DNA of 10,711 nucleotides from Gammaproteobacteria bacterium (GCA_024638445.1 JAHEKH010000089.1:1-10711), one strand, 5' to 3'; positions 1 through 7,277 are shown, numbered from the stretch's first letter. The notes: generated by a model not told the origin, from the letters alone. Program-made: numbers and translations.

Positions 1-1527
1 GATTGCTGCCACTCCGGCACCATGACCCGCGACGTGTTTGGCGACGCGGTGCGCGCCGCGCCCCCGGACAAACGGTCCGTGACAGCGATGGATCTTCCGG
101 AAACCCCCGCCGATACGCGCGATATCGATTCCGAAAAACTCAGCGAGGCCGGCTGGCTGGAAATCAGCGATTCCTACGTGGTGGTCTCCGGCTGCCGCGA
201 CAACGAGCTGTCGCATGAATTTCCCAAGCAGGATCCGGACAACCGAAACGGCGCGCTGACTCACTTCTTTACCGAAGCCCTGACGCGCGCAACACCCGGT
301 ACCACCTATCGCGACGCCTTCGAATATGCCCGCGGCAGGATCAATGCGAAATGGTCCGACCAGAACCCCCAGATCGACGGCAAGCTGGATCGCGAAATTT
401 TCGGCGTGAAAGACATCGAGCCGATTCGCTATGTCGCAGTGAAATCGGTCGACGGCGACAAAGTCGTGCTCAACGGCGGCAAGGCGCATGGCCTGTATCC
501 CAACTCACAGTGGACCGTCTATCCGCCCGGCACCAAGAGCACCGACGGCGTCGACAGCCTGGCCGTGCTGGAAATCGAAAAAGTCGGGGCCCTGACCTCG
601 AGCGCCGTGGTGCGCGAAACGCATGGCGAGGTCGTGCCGATGTCGCGCTGCGTGGAGACCGCCACGGCGGCCGAAAAATTCCAGCTGGGCATCGACCTCT
701 CCGCACTGCCTGAAGCCCAGCGCACAGCGCTGGCCGGCGGGATCGAGGAATCGAAACTACTGACCAGCGATGCCGTGGACAACGCGCTCCGGGTCTACGT
801 GCTCGAACCCCGCAGCTCGGCCGGTCCCGATGACCCTGTTCCCCAGGTTGAAAAAGTCGATACCCCGACCTTCGCCGTCGTTGACAACGGCGGGCAGCTG
901 ACCATGCCGCTGCACCCGGTGGCCGAGGACGGCATCGCCAAAACGCTGGTCAGCAACTTCGAAACAATCGCCCGCTACCGCAATGCGCTGGCGCTCGACA
1001 ACGCGGACAGCAAGCTCGATGTTGAGTTCAACCTGTACCGCGAGGTCGATGGCAAGTGGGAGCTGGCCAACGGCGGCAACAGCGTTTTCACCGAGGGTGA
1101 GCGGCTGTCTATCGAGGTCATCAACAACGAGAGCAAGCCGATCCATTTCTGCATTCTCGATTTCGAGCTGACCCGGGCAATTTCAGGGTTTTATCCACAG
1201 AGCCTCACCAGCGAGATGCTGGCGGCCGGCAAGAAGCTGGAGCTCGGCCGGGAGGAAAACGTTACTGCCTACATGAATCCGAAAGAGGAATACCCCGAGG
1301 ACCGGGGCGTAGAAACACTCAAGATCTTCGTTACTACCGACGAGTCCGATTTCCGCTGGCTCCAGCAGGGTGCCACCCGCGATGTCGGCCTCAGCGCACT
1401 GCAGAAAGAGTTCATGGCCGCCTATGGCGGTCCGGCGACCCGCGCGGTGAAGATCGAGAAGAAAAAAGCCTCTGATGACTGGAAGTCAATCAACCGTTCG
1501 TTCCATATCAAGAGACGTTTAGTCTGA
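1..1527 (+). CDS. Caspase-like peptidase (C14 / metacaspase-type catalytic domain), 5'-truncated by the window edge, with a ~490-aa C-terminal extension of unknown function
   Basis: Frame 1 is open from nt 1 (D-C-C-H-S-G-T-M...), so the ORF listed as 22..1527 continues upstream. DCCHSG at nt 1-18 matches the metacaspase/paracaspase catalytic-Cys signature D[AS]CHSG. The downstream motif VSGCRDNELSHE (about nt 187-219) resembles the metacaspase SGC(Q/K)DDQTS(A/Q)D motif. Stop codon TGA at 1525-1527. The remainder has no recognisable motif. Confidence 0.65.
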   Translation, partial: DCCHSGTMTRDVFGDAVRAAPPDKRSVTAMDLPETPADTRDIDSEKLSEAGWLEISDSYVVVSGCRDNELSHEFPKQDPDNRNGALTHFFTEALTRATPGTTYRDAFEYARGRINAKWSDQNPQIDGKLDREIFGVKDIEPIRYVAVKSVDGDKVVLNGGKAHGLYPNSQWTVYPPGTKSTDGVDSLAVLEIEKVGALTSSAVVRETHGEVVPMSRCVETATAAEKFQLGIDLSALPEAQRTALAGGIEESKLLTSDAVDNALRVYVLEPRSSAGPDDPVPQVEKVDTPTFAVVDNGGQLTMPLHPVAEDGIAKTLVSNFETIARYRNALALDNADSKLDVEFNLYREVDGKWELANGGNSVFTEGERLSIEVINNESKPIHFCILDFELTRAISGFYPQSLTSEMLAAGKKLELGREENVTAYMNPKEEYPEDRGVETLKIFVTTDESDFRWLQQGATRDVGLSALQKEFMAAYGGPATRAVKIEKKKASDDWKSINRSFHIKRRLV

Positions 1528-1537
1528 AAGGCCCGTC

Positions 1538-3763
1538 ATGAAGTACCAGGACTTCCGTATTCGTATCGAGTCGAAGACCGATACCGGATTTAACGTGAGT
1601 GTCGAATCCCCGGCTGGCAACGCCGATGAACATATCGTCCTGCCGTTCGATATCGATGAGGCAATGAAACAGTTTCACCAGATGGGGCTGGTTGTGCGTG
1701 GCGCCGCCAGCCGCAAGGTAGAAATCGACGGCCCGGAGCCAATGAAACCCTCCGAGTTCGGCGACCAGCTGTTTCGCGCGTTGTTTACCGGCCGTGTCGG
1801 CAAGATGTACAACGCCATGTGCCGTGATCTGCAGGATCCTGAGATGGGGCTGCGCATAAACCTTCACCTGAACCTGAACGACGCCGGTGTCGGCGCGTTG
1901 GCCGGCGTTCCATGGGAGTTCGTCTACGACGCCGACACAATGGATTATCTGAACCTGAGCCGCCAGACGCCCGTCATTCGTTATCTTGACGTGCAGCGGC
2001 CAAACACGGTCCAGCCGCTAACCGGCAAGCTCAAGGTGCTGGTCGTGATGTCCAGCCCGAAAGGTGAGCACGCCCTGGACCTCGACAAGGAACGCAAGCT
2101 CATCGAGTCGATCTGGTCGGGCGACGATAACGTCGAGCTGACCATCAAGGAAAACCCCACACCGAACAAGCTGCGTTCCTGGCTGACCAACGACAATTAC
2201 CACGTGCTGCACTACATGGGGCACGGCGCCCATGACGACAAGACCGGGGTAGGCGCCCTGGTCCTGGAGGACGATGACGGCAATGCCAACCTGCTCGACG
2301 CTGAAACGCTGGGCACATTCCTGCGTAACGCGCCGACCATCCGCCTGGCGTTCCTCAACGCGTGTGACCTGGCCAAGACCGGTGAAGACACGCCGTTTTC
2401 CGGCGTTGCCAACCGGCTGGTGATGGCCGGTCTGCCGGCGGTCGTAGCGATGCAGTTCCCGATTTCAGACGATGCCGCCATCGCTTTCGCGCGCACCTTT
2501 TATACGCGGCTGGAGAAAGGCCAGCCGGTCGACGAGGCGGTAGCCCATGGCCGGACCGCTATCCTGGCCGACAAGCCGGGCTCCATGGAATGGGGCACGC
2601 CGGTGCTGTACATGCGCACGCCGGACGGCCGTCTCTTCGAGCGCCCGGGCGTTGAACCACCGGCAGCGGACCCGGCCGCGGCGGCGGAAACCGCTCCGGC
2701 CCCGCCAGCGCCTGACGGCTCGGTTTCGGTGCCGAAAAAAGGCATCGGCGCGGCGGCCGGCATCCTGGTGCTGCTGGCAGCCATTGCGGCCGGCGCGTTC
2801 TTCATGCTCGGCGGCAAGAAGGTGCCGCTGGATTTCGAGAGCGAGGAAATCCAGGCCTACATCGATGAACCGGTCGAAGTGAAGTTCATCGCGACCAACA
2901 ACCCGGAAGGCACGGCCCACCTGGACCAGTACAACGTGTCGGTGGCCGCACCCAACGCTACCGGCCTCGAAGTTTCCGACACCGACGAGATCAACGGTTA
3001 CTGGCGCACGATGATTACGCCGCGGGAGACCGGTGATTACGAGATCATTGCCACCCCGGTAGACGTCAACAAGCCTGATGCCGAGCCCCGCAAGAAATCA
3101 GCAAAACTGGTGGTCAGCATCAATCCGGAAGTACAGGCGGCTTACGAGACGGCTATGGCCAGCGTCAGTACCCCGGCTGTGGCCACCGAAGACCTGATAG
3201 AGACATTGACGGGTCTCGAAGCCCGCGGTCTGAGCGCTGAAATGCGGTCGGAAATCGAGAAAACCCGGGCGGCGCTCGAAGAAGTGGTCGCCACGAAGAC
3301 ACTTGCGCGCAGCGGGTTTGCCAGCGACTCGAGCACCCTGGCCGAAAAAATTGCGGCGTACGTAGACTGGAAGACCCAGGTGCAGGCGACCCGCGATTTC
3401 GAACCCACCGCCAGCGCCTACCCGGAGGTCATGCAGGAACTCGAGACCCTGGCCGGGCGCATGGATGTCGCCGGGATGACGCTGTGCACGAAGGCACCGC
3501 CGTGCAGCGATGTATCGCGCGTGGCTTCGGGTGGCCGGGTCTACACGGTAATCGAGTACACACCGGCCGAAAAGGGCTCGAAGGTTGCGGTGCTGTATCA
3601 CGCGATGCCGGACAACGAGGTCAGGAAGACCCGCCAGATGACCCTGGCCGGCAATACCACTCACGCCGACTGGTCGACCGCGCCCGCGCGTGGCAGCTAC
3701 GAGGTGAGACTGTACAACGATGCCGGCGACCTGCTGGTCTCGAAGCCCCTCGAAATCTACTGA
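1538..3763 (+). CDS. CHAT-domain (caspase HetF-associated) protease-like protein with a single predicted transmembrane helix and a ~320-aa C-terminal domain
   Basis: ATG at 1538 lies 10 nt after the upstream stop and is preceded by AAAGG. The CHAT His motif LHYMGHG has its His codon at 2222-2224. The Cys motif LAFLNACDLAK has its Cys codon at 2363-2365. A Pro/Ala-rich linker (PPAADPAAAAETAPAPPAP) is followed by KKGIGAAAGILVLLAAIAAGAFFMLGGKK, a hydrophobic helix flanked by Lys on both sides at about nt 2741-2815. The C-terminal ~320 aa has alternating beta-like and helical stretches with no known motif. Confidence 0.7.
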   Translation: MKYQDFRIRIESKTDTGFNVSVESPAGNADEHIVLPFDIDEAMKQFHQMGLVVRGAASRKVEIDGPEPMKPSEFGDQLFRALFTGRVGKMYNAMCRDLQDPEMGLRINLHLNLNDAGVGALAGVPWEFVYDADTMDYLNLSRQTPVIRYLDVQRPNTVQPLTGKLKVLVVMSSPKGEHALDLDKERKLIESIWSGDDNVELTIKENPTPNKLRSWLTNDNYHVLHYMGHGAHDDKTGVGALVLEDDDGNANLLDAETLGTFLRNAPTIRLAFLNACDLAKTGEDTPFSGVANRLVMAGLPAVVAMQFPISDDAAIAFARTFYTRLEKGQPVDEAVAHGRTAILADKPGSMEWGTPVLYMRTPDGRLFERPGVEPPAADPAAAAETAPAPPAPDGSVSVPKKGIGAAAGILVLLAAIAAGAFFMLGGKKVPLDFESEEIQAYIDEPVEVKFIATNNPEGTAHLDQYNVSVAAPNATGLEVSDTDEINGYWRTMITPRETGDYEIIATPVDVNKPDAEPRKKSAKLVVSINPEVQAAYETAMASVSTPAVATEDLIETLTGLEARGLSAEMRSEIEKTRAALEEVVATKTLARSGFASDSSTLAEKIAAYVDWKTQVQATRDFEPTASAYPEVMQELETLAGRMDVAGMTLCTKAPPCSDVSRVASGGRVYTVIEYTPAEKGSKVAVLYHAMPDNEVRKTRQMTLAGNTTHADWSTAPARGSYEVRLYNDAGDLLVSKPLEIY

Positions 3764-3772
3764 AAAAACGGG

Positions 3773-3794
3773 GCCCGGCGATCGGTCGCCGGGC
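3773..3794. terminator. GC-rich hairpin (gcccggcga-tcgg-tcgccgggc) directly after the CHAT gene stop
   Basis: 9-bp perfect stem with a 4-nt loop. An A6 tract lies upstream and there is no T tract downstream on the + strand. A second hairpin ccgggc-gcaaa-gcccgg follows at about 3808-3824. The geometry would be a classic terminator only for the minus strand. Confidence 0.3.
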
Positions 3795-3913
3795 TCCGGC
3801 AAATCAACCGGGCGCAAAGCCCGGGCGGACCCGCGCCGCGTGCCGGGTGCCGGGTAGTAAACTAGCCAGTGCGTTTCCATTCGACGCAATAACCGGACGA
3901 CAGGACGACAGCC

Positions 3914-4387
3914 ATGCCCCGATCGATCGTTTATTCGACGCCCACTGTTGCAATGCCCGGCGACACCCGCGGCGTGCCCAGCGGCGACTACAAGGCGCCC
4001 CCGCAGGCGCCTCCGCCGGACGACTACGCCGACAAGCTCGTCAAGCTGATCCCGGTCGAAGTCATCGGCGTTTATGTCTCGATGCAGGCCATTCTCGAAG
4101 GCGCAAAGCTGGTGCATCCGCCGGTGCCCTGGCTGGTCTACGGTTTCGGAATCTTCGCCACCTGGTTTTTCCTGCGGTTCTCGCTGAAAGTCAGCGACCG
4201 CTGGCACCTGCTCCTGGCCATGCTGGCCTTCGCGATCTGGGCGTTCAGCCTGGGCGGACCGTTCGAGCAGTTCCAGTGGTACGTCGACGCCGGCAGCACC
4301 TATGCGGGCCTGCTCGTGGCCGGCTACACGTTTATAGCGCCCTTGTTGTTGCCGGAAATCTCCTTCGAGGATGAAAAGAAGCCCTGA
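3914..4387 (+). CDS. Small integral membrane protein (3 predicted TM helices), hypothetical
   Basis: 157-aa ORF with AGGA 10 nt upstream. Three hydrophobic segments: WLVYGFGIFATWFFLRF, WHLLLAMLAFAIWAFSLGG and YAGLLVAGYTFIAPLLL. Its 3' end overlaps the next ORF by 17 nt, which suggests translational coupling. Confidence 0.5.
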   Translation: MPRSIVYSTPTVAMPGDTRGVPSGDYKAPPQAPPPDDYADKLVKLIPVEVIGVYVSMQAILEGAKLVHPPVPWLVYGFGIFATWFFLRFSLKVSDRWHLLLAMLAFAIWAFSLGGPFEQFQWYVDAGSTYAGLLVAGYTFIAPLLLPEISFEDEKKP

Positions 4388-4868
4388 CGCCATGGACCCT
4401 CGCCTGATGCTTGCCCTGGTCGTTCTGGCCCTGCCGGTGTCCGGTGTTTGTGGAGACAACGAGGAGCTCCTGACCGAACCGGTCCAGGTCGAGCCGGTGG
4501 TGGCGCCACCGCGCCCGGTCGTCTTTGCGCGGCGAATCACTGAACACGAGAAGACCTGCCAGCATGAGGCGCTTCCTTACCTGGGAATGACGCTGTCGAT
4601 CAGCCCGCAGGGTCATGTGGTCGGCGTGACCCACCGCGTGGTGGGAGACTTCGGCGCAAAGCGCATCGAAGCCATCATTGCCGACGTCCTGACGTATCGA
4701 TTCAAACCCTTCCTGGTCGACGGCCGGCTGTTGGCGCTGAGCCTGCCGCACCACGTCGTCATTGCCGACAACGAGGTCGTTCACTGTTACGAGGCGCCGC
4801 TGTTCCGCGAGCGCCGGATCGATCACCTGGATCTGGGGGAGTTTCCCGCCGGGACCGACGGGCAATAG
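4371..4868 (+). CDS. Secreted/periplasmic protein with a TonB-C-terminal-like domain (weak motif match); the start may instead be ATG 4392
   Basis: N-terminal signal-like segment (R/K then LMLALVVLALPVSGVCG). The C-terminal stretch GHVVGVTHRVVGDFGAKRIEAIIADVLTYRFKPFLVDGR resembles the TonB_C pattern G.V.V...s.G...LD.AA..Av..w.F.P. Overlaps the upstream gene by 17 nt if it starts at 4371. Confidence 0.45.
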   Translation: MKRSPDAMDPRLMLALVVLALPVSGVCGDNEELLTEPVQVEPVVAPPRPVVFARRITEHEKTCQHEALPYLGMTLSISPQGHVVGVTHRVVGDFGAKRIEAIIADVLTYRFKPFLVDGRLLALSLPHHVVIADNEVVHCYEAPLFRERRIDHLDLGEFPAGTDGQ

Positions 4869-4878
4869 GGAAAAAAGA

Positions 4879-4901
4879 ACCGGCGGCATTGCGCCGCCGG
4901 T
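4879..4901. terminator. Bidirectional Rho-independent terminator between convergent genes
   Basis: Stem accggcggc / gccgccggt (9 bp) with loop attgc. On the minus strand it is followed immediately by TTCTTTTTTCCC, a classic terminator for the SPFH gene. On the + strand an A tract precedes it and a T5 run follows about 17 nt later. Confidence 0.6.
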
Positions 4902-4947
4902 CAATCGTGCTGCGGTTGTTTTTCTTTGAGATCGTTGCCGGGCGACA

Positions 4948-6099
4948 TCAGGCGTCACCGTTGACGTTGATCTTGACGGTGTCCTGCAGCACGCCGTCCA
5001 GACCGCCGAAGACGGTCAGCTTGTCCACCTTCTCTGTCACCTTCTCGAGCGTCTCCAGCTCCTTCAGGCGCAGCAGTGCGGGGTGCTCACTCATCAGGCG
5101 GGCGGTGTTCAGCAGCGCACGGGTCGCTGCCGTCTCCTCACGGCGCTTGATGACGTTCGCCTGCGCGGCCTTCTCGGCCTCGACCACCTGGTTCAGAATT
5201 TCCTTCATGTCACCAGGCAGGATGACGTCCTTGACGCCGACGTTAGTCACCTCGATACCGTGTTCGCCCACCGCGGGCGCAACCGCCTCGTAGATCACGC
5301 GATCCAGCTCACCCTTGTTCGCCAGCAGCGTGTCCAGGGTGCGGGTACCGATGGCAGTACGCAGGGCGAACTGCAGCTCGCGGTACAGCTGGCCGGTGAC
5401 GTCCACCAGGTCCTTGTGGGCCTTCACCGGGTCGGCGATCTTGTAGGCAGCGGTCAGGTTCACGCGCAGCGTGACCTTGTCCTTCGTCAGGATTTCCTGG
5501 CCGCCCACGTCCATCGCCTGCAGGCGCAGGTCGACATGCGCGATCTTGATGTTGCGGTTGAACTTCCAGTACGCGTGCGTACCCGGCTGCAGTACGGTCT
5601 TGAACTCACCGTCCACGGTCAGCAGGCCGACGTGCTGGTCGGCCACCTCGGTGGCGACGATAAAGTTCGCAACCTGCACCAGGTCACGCGGGCGCGCACG
5701 GCCCAGGACGGCCGCCTTGCCACGGGGAATCTCGAACTCCTTTTCGATGTTCACCGTCTCGACGGCAATCTCCACCGGGCCCTTCCAGTACAGCTGGCGG
5801 GTGCCCGGGGCCAGGACCGTGTGCATCTTGCCGTTCTTGTAGACGAAGGCCACCTCGTAGTCGCCCAGGTCCACAATCTGGAAGTGCTGCTTGCACAGCT
5901 CGTGCTCGTCATCGATCAGGAAGTCGACGATACAGTGCTCGAACTCGGGCACCGTCAGGTCGTTGACCTCGACCGCGACACGCTTGAACGGTGCAATGAC
6001 CCAGCGGACGCCAGGGCGCAGGATCTGCGTGAACATGCCGTTCACGAAGACCAGGCCACGCTCGTGCTGGGCAATTACCTTGCGTGTAATACCAAACAT
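4948..6099 (-). CDS. SPFH / band-7 (stomatin-prohibitin-flotillin-HflK/C) family protein with an extra ~150-aa N-terminal region
   Basis: The C-terminal 230 aa carries the typical band-7 pattern (QEILTKDKVTLRVNLTAAYKI...GIEVTNVGVKDVILPGDMKEILNQVVEAEKAAQANVIKRREETA...) followed by a coiled-coil tail. I place the start at ATG 6099-6097 (MFGITRKV) because GAGGAGAGA lies 5-13 nt upstream. The longer ORF to 6162 has no RBS. Confidence 0.75.
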   Translation of the reverse strand: MFGITRKVIAQHERGLVFVNGMFTQILRPGVRWVIAPFKRVAVEVNDLTVPEFEHCIVDFLIDDEHELCKQHFQIVDLGDYEVAFVYKNGKMHTVLAPGTRQLYWKGPVEIAVETVNIEKEFEIPRGKAAVLGRARPRDLVQVANFIVATEVADQHVGLLTVDGEFKTVLQPGTHAYWKFNRNIKIAHVDLRLQAMDVGGQEILTKDKVTLRVNLTAAYKIADPVKAHKDLVDVTGQLYRELQFALRTAIGTRTLDTLLANKGELDRVIYEAVAPAVGEHGIEVTNVGVKDVILPGDMKEILNQVVEAEKAAQANVIKRREETAATRALLNTARLMSEHPALLRLKELETLEKVTEKVDKLTVFGGLDGVLQDTVKINVNGDA

Positions 6100-6313
6100 G
6101 GTGTCTCTCCTCTTGTTTTGGTTGGATGAAATGCGGCTGATAGCTGCGACCGGCCGCCGCAAAAAACCGGTCGGTCAATGCCCGTGGATCACCTCCTTTG
6201 CTTGCAGAAAATTTGGGCGCTGCAACCCAGGAACCCGTGTCGCGGCTTCGCCGCAGGTTCGCCTTACGTCAGTGCCCCGTGTGGAGCGGCTTCAGCCGCG
6301 CTTCTTTGGGTCT

Positions 6314-6369
6314 GGTTCCGGGATTGCGCGAAAGAGCTGCCGGCAGATCGCTCGCGCAATCCCGGAACC
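6314..6369. repeat. Perfect 17-bp inverted repeat (ggttccgggattgcgcg / cgcgcaatcccggaacc) enclosing an internal palindrome ctgccggcag; a 56-nt composite hairpin
   Basis: Read directly from the sequence. Arms at 6314-6330 and 6353-6369, with the 22-nt spacer itself palindromic. The mirror-image peptides in the + and - ORF tracks (FRDCAKELPADRSRNPGTRP and FRDCASDLPAALSRNPGTRP) are a by-product of this symmetry. Confidence 0.7.
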
Positions 6370-6672
6370 AGGCCAGCCGGAGATTGCGGAAGGGGTTAGC
6401 GGGGTCGGCCCCACACCCGTGCCGCGGGCCTGCCGTGCGATCCGGGAAGCCTGGTAACAGTGACGATGCGCTGCGCCGCACTCCTCCCTGAGTGATCGCA
6501 CGGGCCTTGTGCCCGGGTTGGCGCATCGTGACCGCTACCCGGCGACCCGGCCGGGCGGCCGGCGCAGGCGCACGCGGGTGCTGCGACACTGGCCGAAGGC
6601 CGGGCGTCGCTCGGGGCGTTCCCCTTTGGTTTCCAAATAACGGTTAACAGCCGTTGGCTTTTCGCCAGTAGA

Positions 6673-6745
6673 GTGGAAAAGGAGGATTCGAACCTCCGAC
6701 CCACGACGTTCAGGTCGTTGCTCTACCCATCTGAGCTATATTCCC
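6673..6745 (-). tRNA. Degenerate tRNA-like gene or pseudo-tRNA (anticodon region GAA, Phe-like) at the distal end of the array
   Basis: On the minus strand: GGGAATA TA GCTC AGATGGGTA GAGC A ACGAC CTGAAC GTCGT GGGTC GGAGG TTCGAAT CCTCC TTTTCCA C. The D-arm and T-arm are good. The anticodon loop is only 6 nt. There are two acceptor mismatches (G1:A72, T6:T67) and no encoded CCA. Confidence 0.4.
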
Positions 6746-6897
6746 GATTGGCGCTCTTCGCCGGACGCTCGCTCGGTATACGCCGTGCAACACACGCGTT
6801 GGCGCACCGGACCGGGTTCTCAGAACCGGAACCGCTGAACGATTGCCGTAGCAGAAAGAACTCTGTGTGGCCCGCCGCAGGAATCGGCACGCCGAAT

Positions 6898-6978
6898 TGG
6901 TAGCCGCCCCCGGATTCGAACCGGGAATCACCCGGGTCTGAGCCGGGCAGGTATACCCGAGGTTCCCTTCAGGCGGCC
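6898..6978 (-). tRNA. Aberrant tRNA-like gene, 81 nt, anticodon loop CUCAGAC (CAG, Leu-reading) but no long variable arm and a non-standard D-region
   Basis: Acceptor GGCCGCC / GGCGGCT (7 bp, one G:U), discriminator A, CCA encoded. T-arm CCCGG TTCGAAT CCGGG. Anticodon arm CCCGG CTCAGAC CCGGG. Between the acceptor and the anticodon stem lie 24 nt (TGAAGGGAACCTCGGGTATACCTG) that do not fold as a canonical D-arm. Confidence 0.45.
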
Positions 6979-6990
6979 AAAGAAATTAAC

Positions 6991-7066
6991 TGGATCACCG
7001 CCGAGGACTCGAACCCCGACCCCGGGGTTCAGGGCCCCGTGTCCTGCCCGGTTAGACGAGCGGTGA
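6991..7066 (-). tRNA. tRNA-Gln (anticodon CUG), 76 nt, CCA encoded, C33 instead of U33
   Basis: TCACCGC TC GTCT AACCGGGCA GGAC A CGGGG CCCTGAA CCCCG GGGT CGGGG TTCGAGT CCTCG GCGGTGA T CCA. All four stems pair. The anticodon loop CCCTGAA gives CUG at positions 34-36 but lacks the universal U33. Confidence 0.65.
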
Positions 7067-7071
7067 CTATC

Positions 7072-7146
7072 TGGAGCGGCCCGGGGGACTTGAACCCCCA
7101 CCCTCAACCTTCGCACGGTTGTGCTCTGCCCTTGAGCTTGAGCCGC
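7072..7146 (-). tRNA. tRNA-Arg (anticodon GCG), 75 nt, CCA encoded
   Basis: GCGGCTC AA GCTC AAGGGCA GAGC A CAACC GTGCGAA GGTTG AGGGT GGGGG TTCAAGT CCCCC GGGCCGC T CCA. Clean cloverleaf. Position 32 is G, which is unusual. Anticodon GCG rather than the ACG usual in bacteria. Confidence 0.65.
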
Positions 7147-7151
7147 ATGAG

Positions 7152-7229
7152 TGGTTGCCCGCGGTGGAATCGAACCACTGTGCGTTCCGCCTTGTAAGGG
7201 CGGTGTCCGGCCACCGGACCACGCGGGCT
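7152..7229 (-). tRNA. tRNA-Val (anticodon UAC)-like, 78 nt, CCA encoded, irregular
   Basis: AGCCCGC GTG GTCC GGTGGCC GGAC A CCGCC CTTACAA GGCGG AACGCAC AGTGG TTCGATT CCACC GCGGGCA A CCA. Irregularities: A1:A72 mismatch, 3 nt between the acceptor and D-stem, a 7-nt variable loop and an A49:C65 mismatch. Confidence 0.55.
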
Positions 7230-7277
7230 TTTCGGCTGTGCTCCTCACCGGTAGCGCATGCTAGAGTTTCTGCGCCG

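Noticed and set aside
3098-4540. 480-aa minus-strand ORF spanning the end of the CHAT gene and the small membrane-protein gene
   Set aside because: Arg/Gly/Pro-rich low-complexity translation typical of an antisense frame in high-GC DNA. No start context. Conflicts with two + strand ORFs that carry recognisable domains.
5083-6129. 348-aa + strand ORF antisense to the SPFH gene
   Set aside because: The opposite strand has an unmistakable band-7 domain with RBS and terminator. This frame is a Leu/Val/Asp/Arg-rich shadow ORF.
6178-6589. Small ORFs on both strands in the 6163-6660 intergenic region with similar peptide sequences
   Set aside because: The similarity is the mirror-image by-product of the DNA palindromes. 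There is no RBS, and the composition is noise-like.
7119-7277. N-terminal extension of the AAA ATPase ORF back to ATG 7119
   Set aside because: It would overlap the Arg and Val tRNA genes on the opposite strand. The first ATG clear of the tRNAs (7278) starts a sensible [12 protein letters not shown]-terminus.
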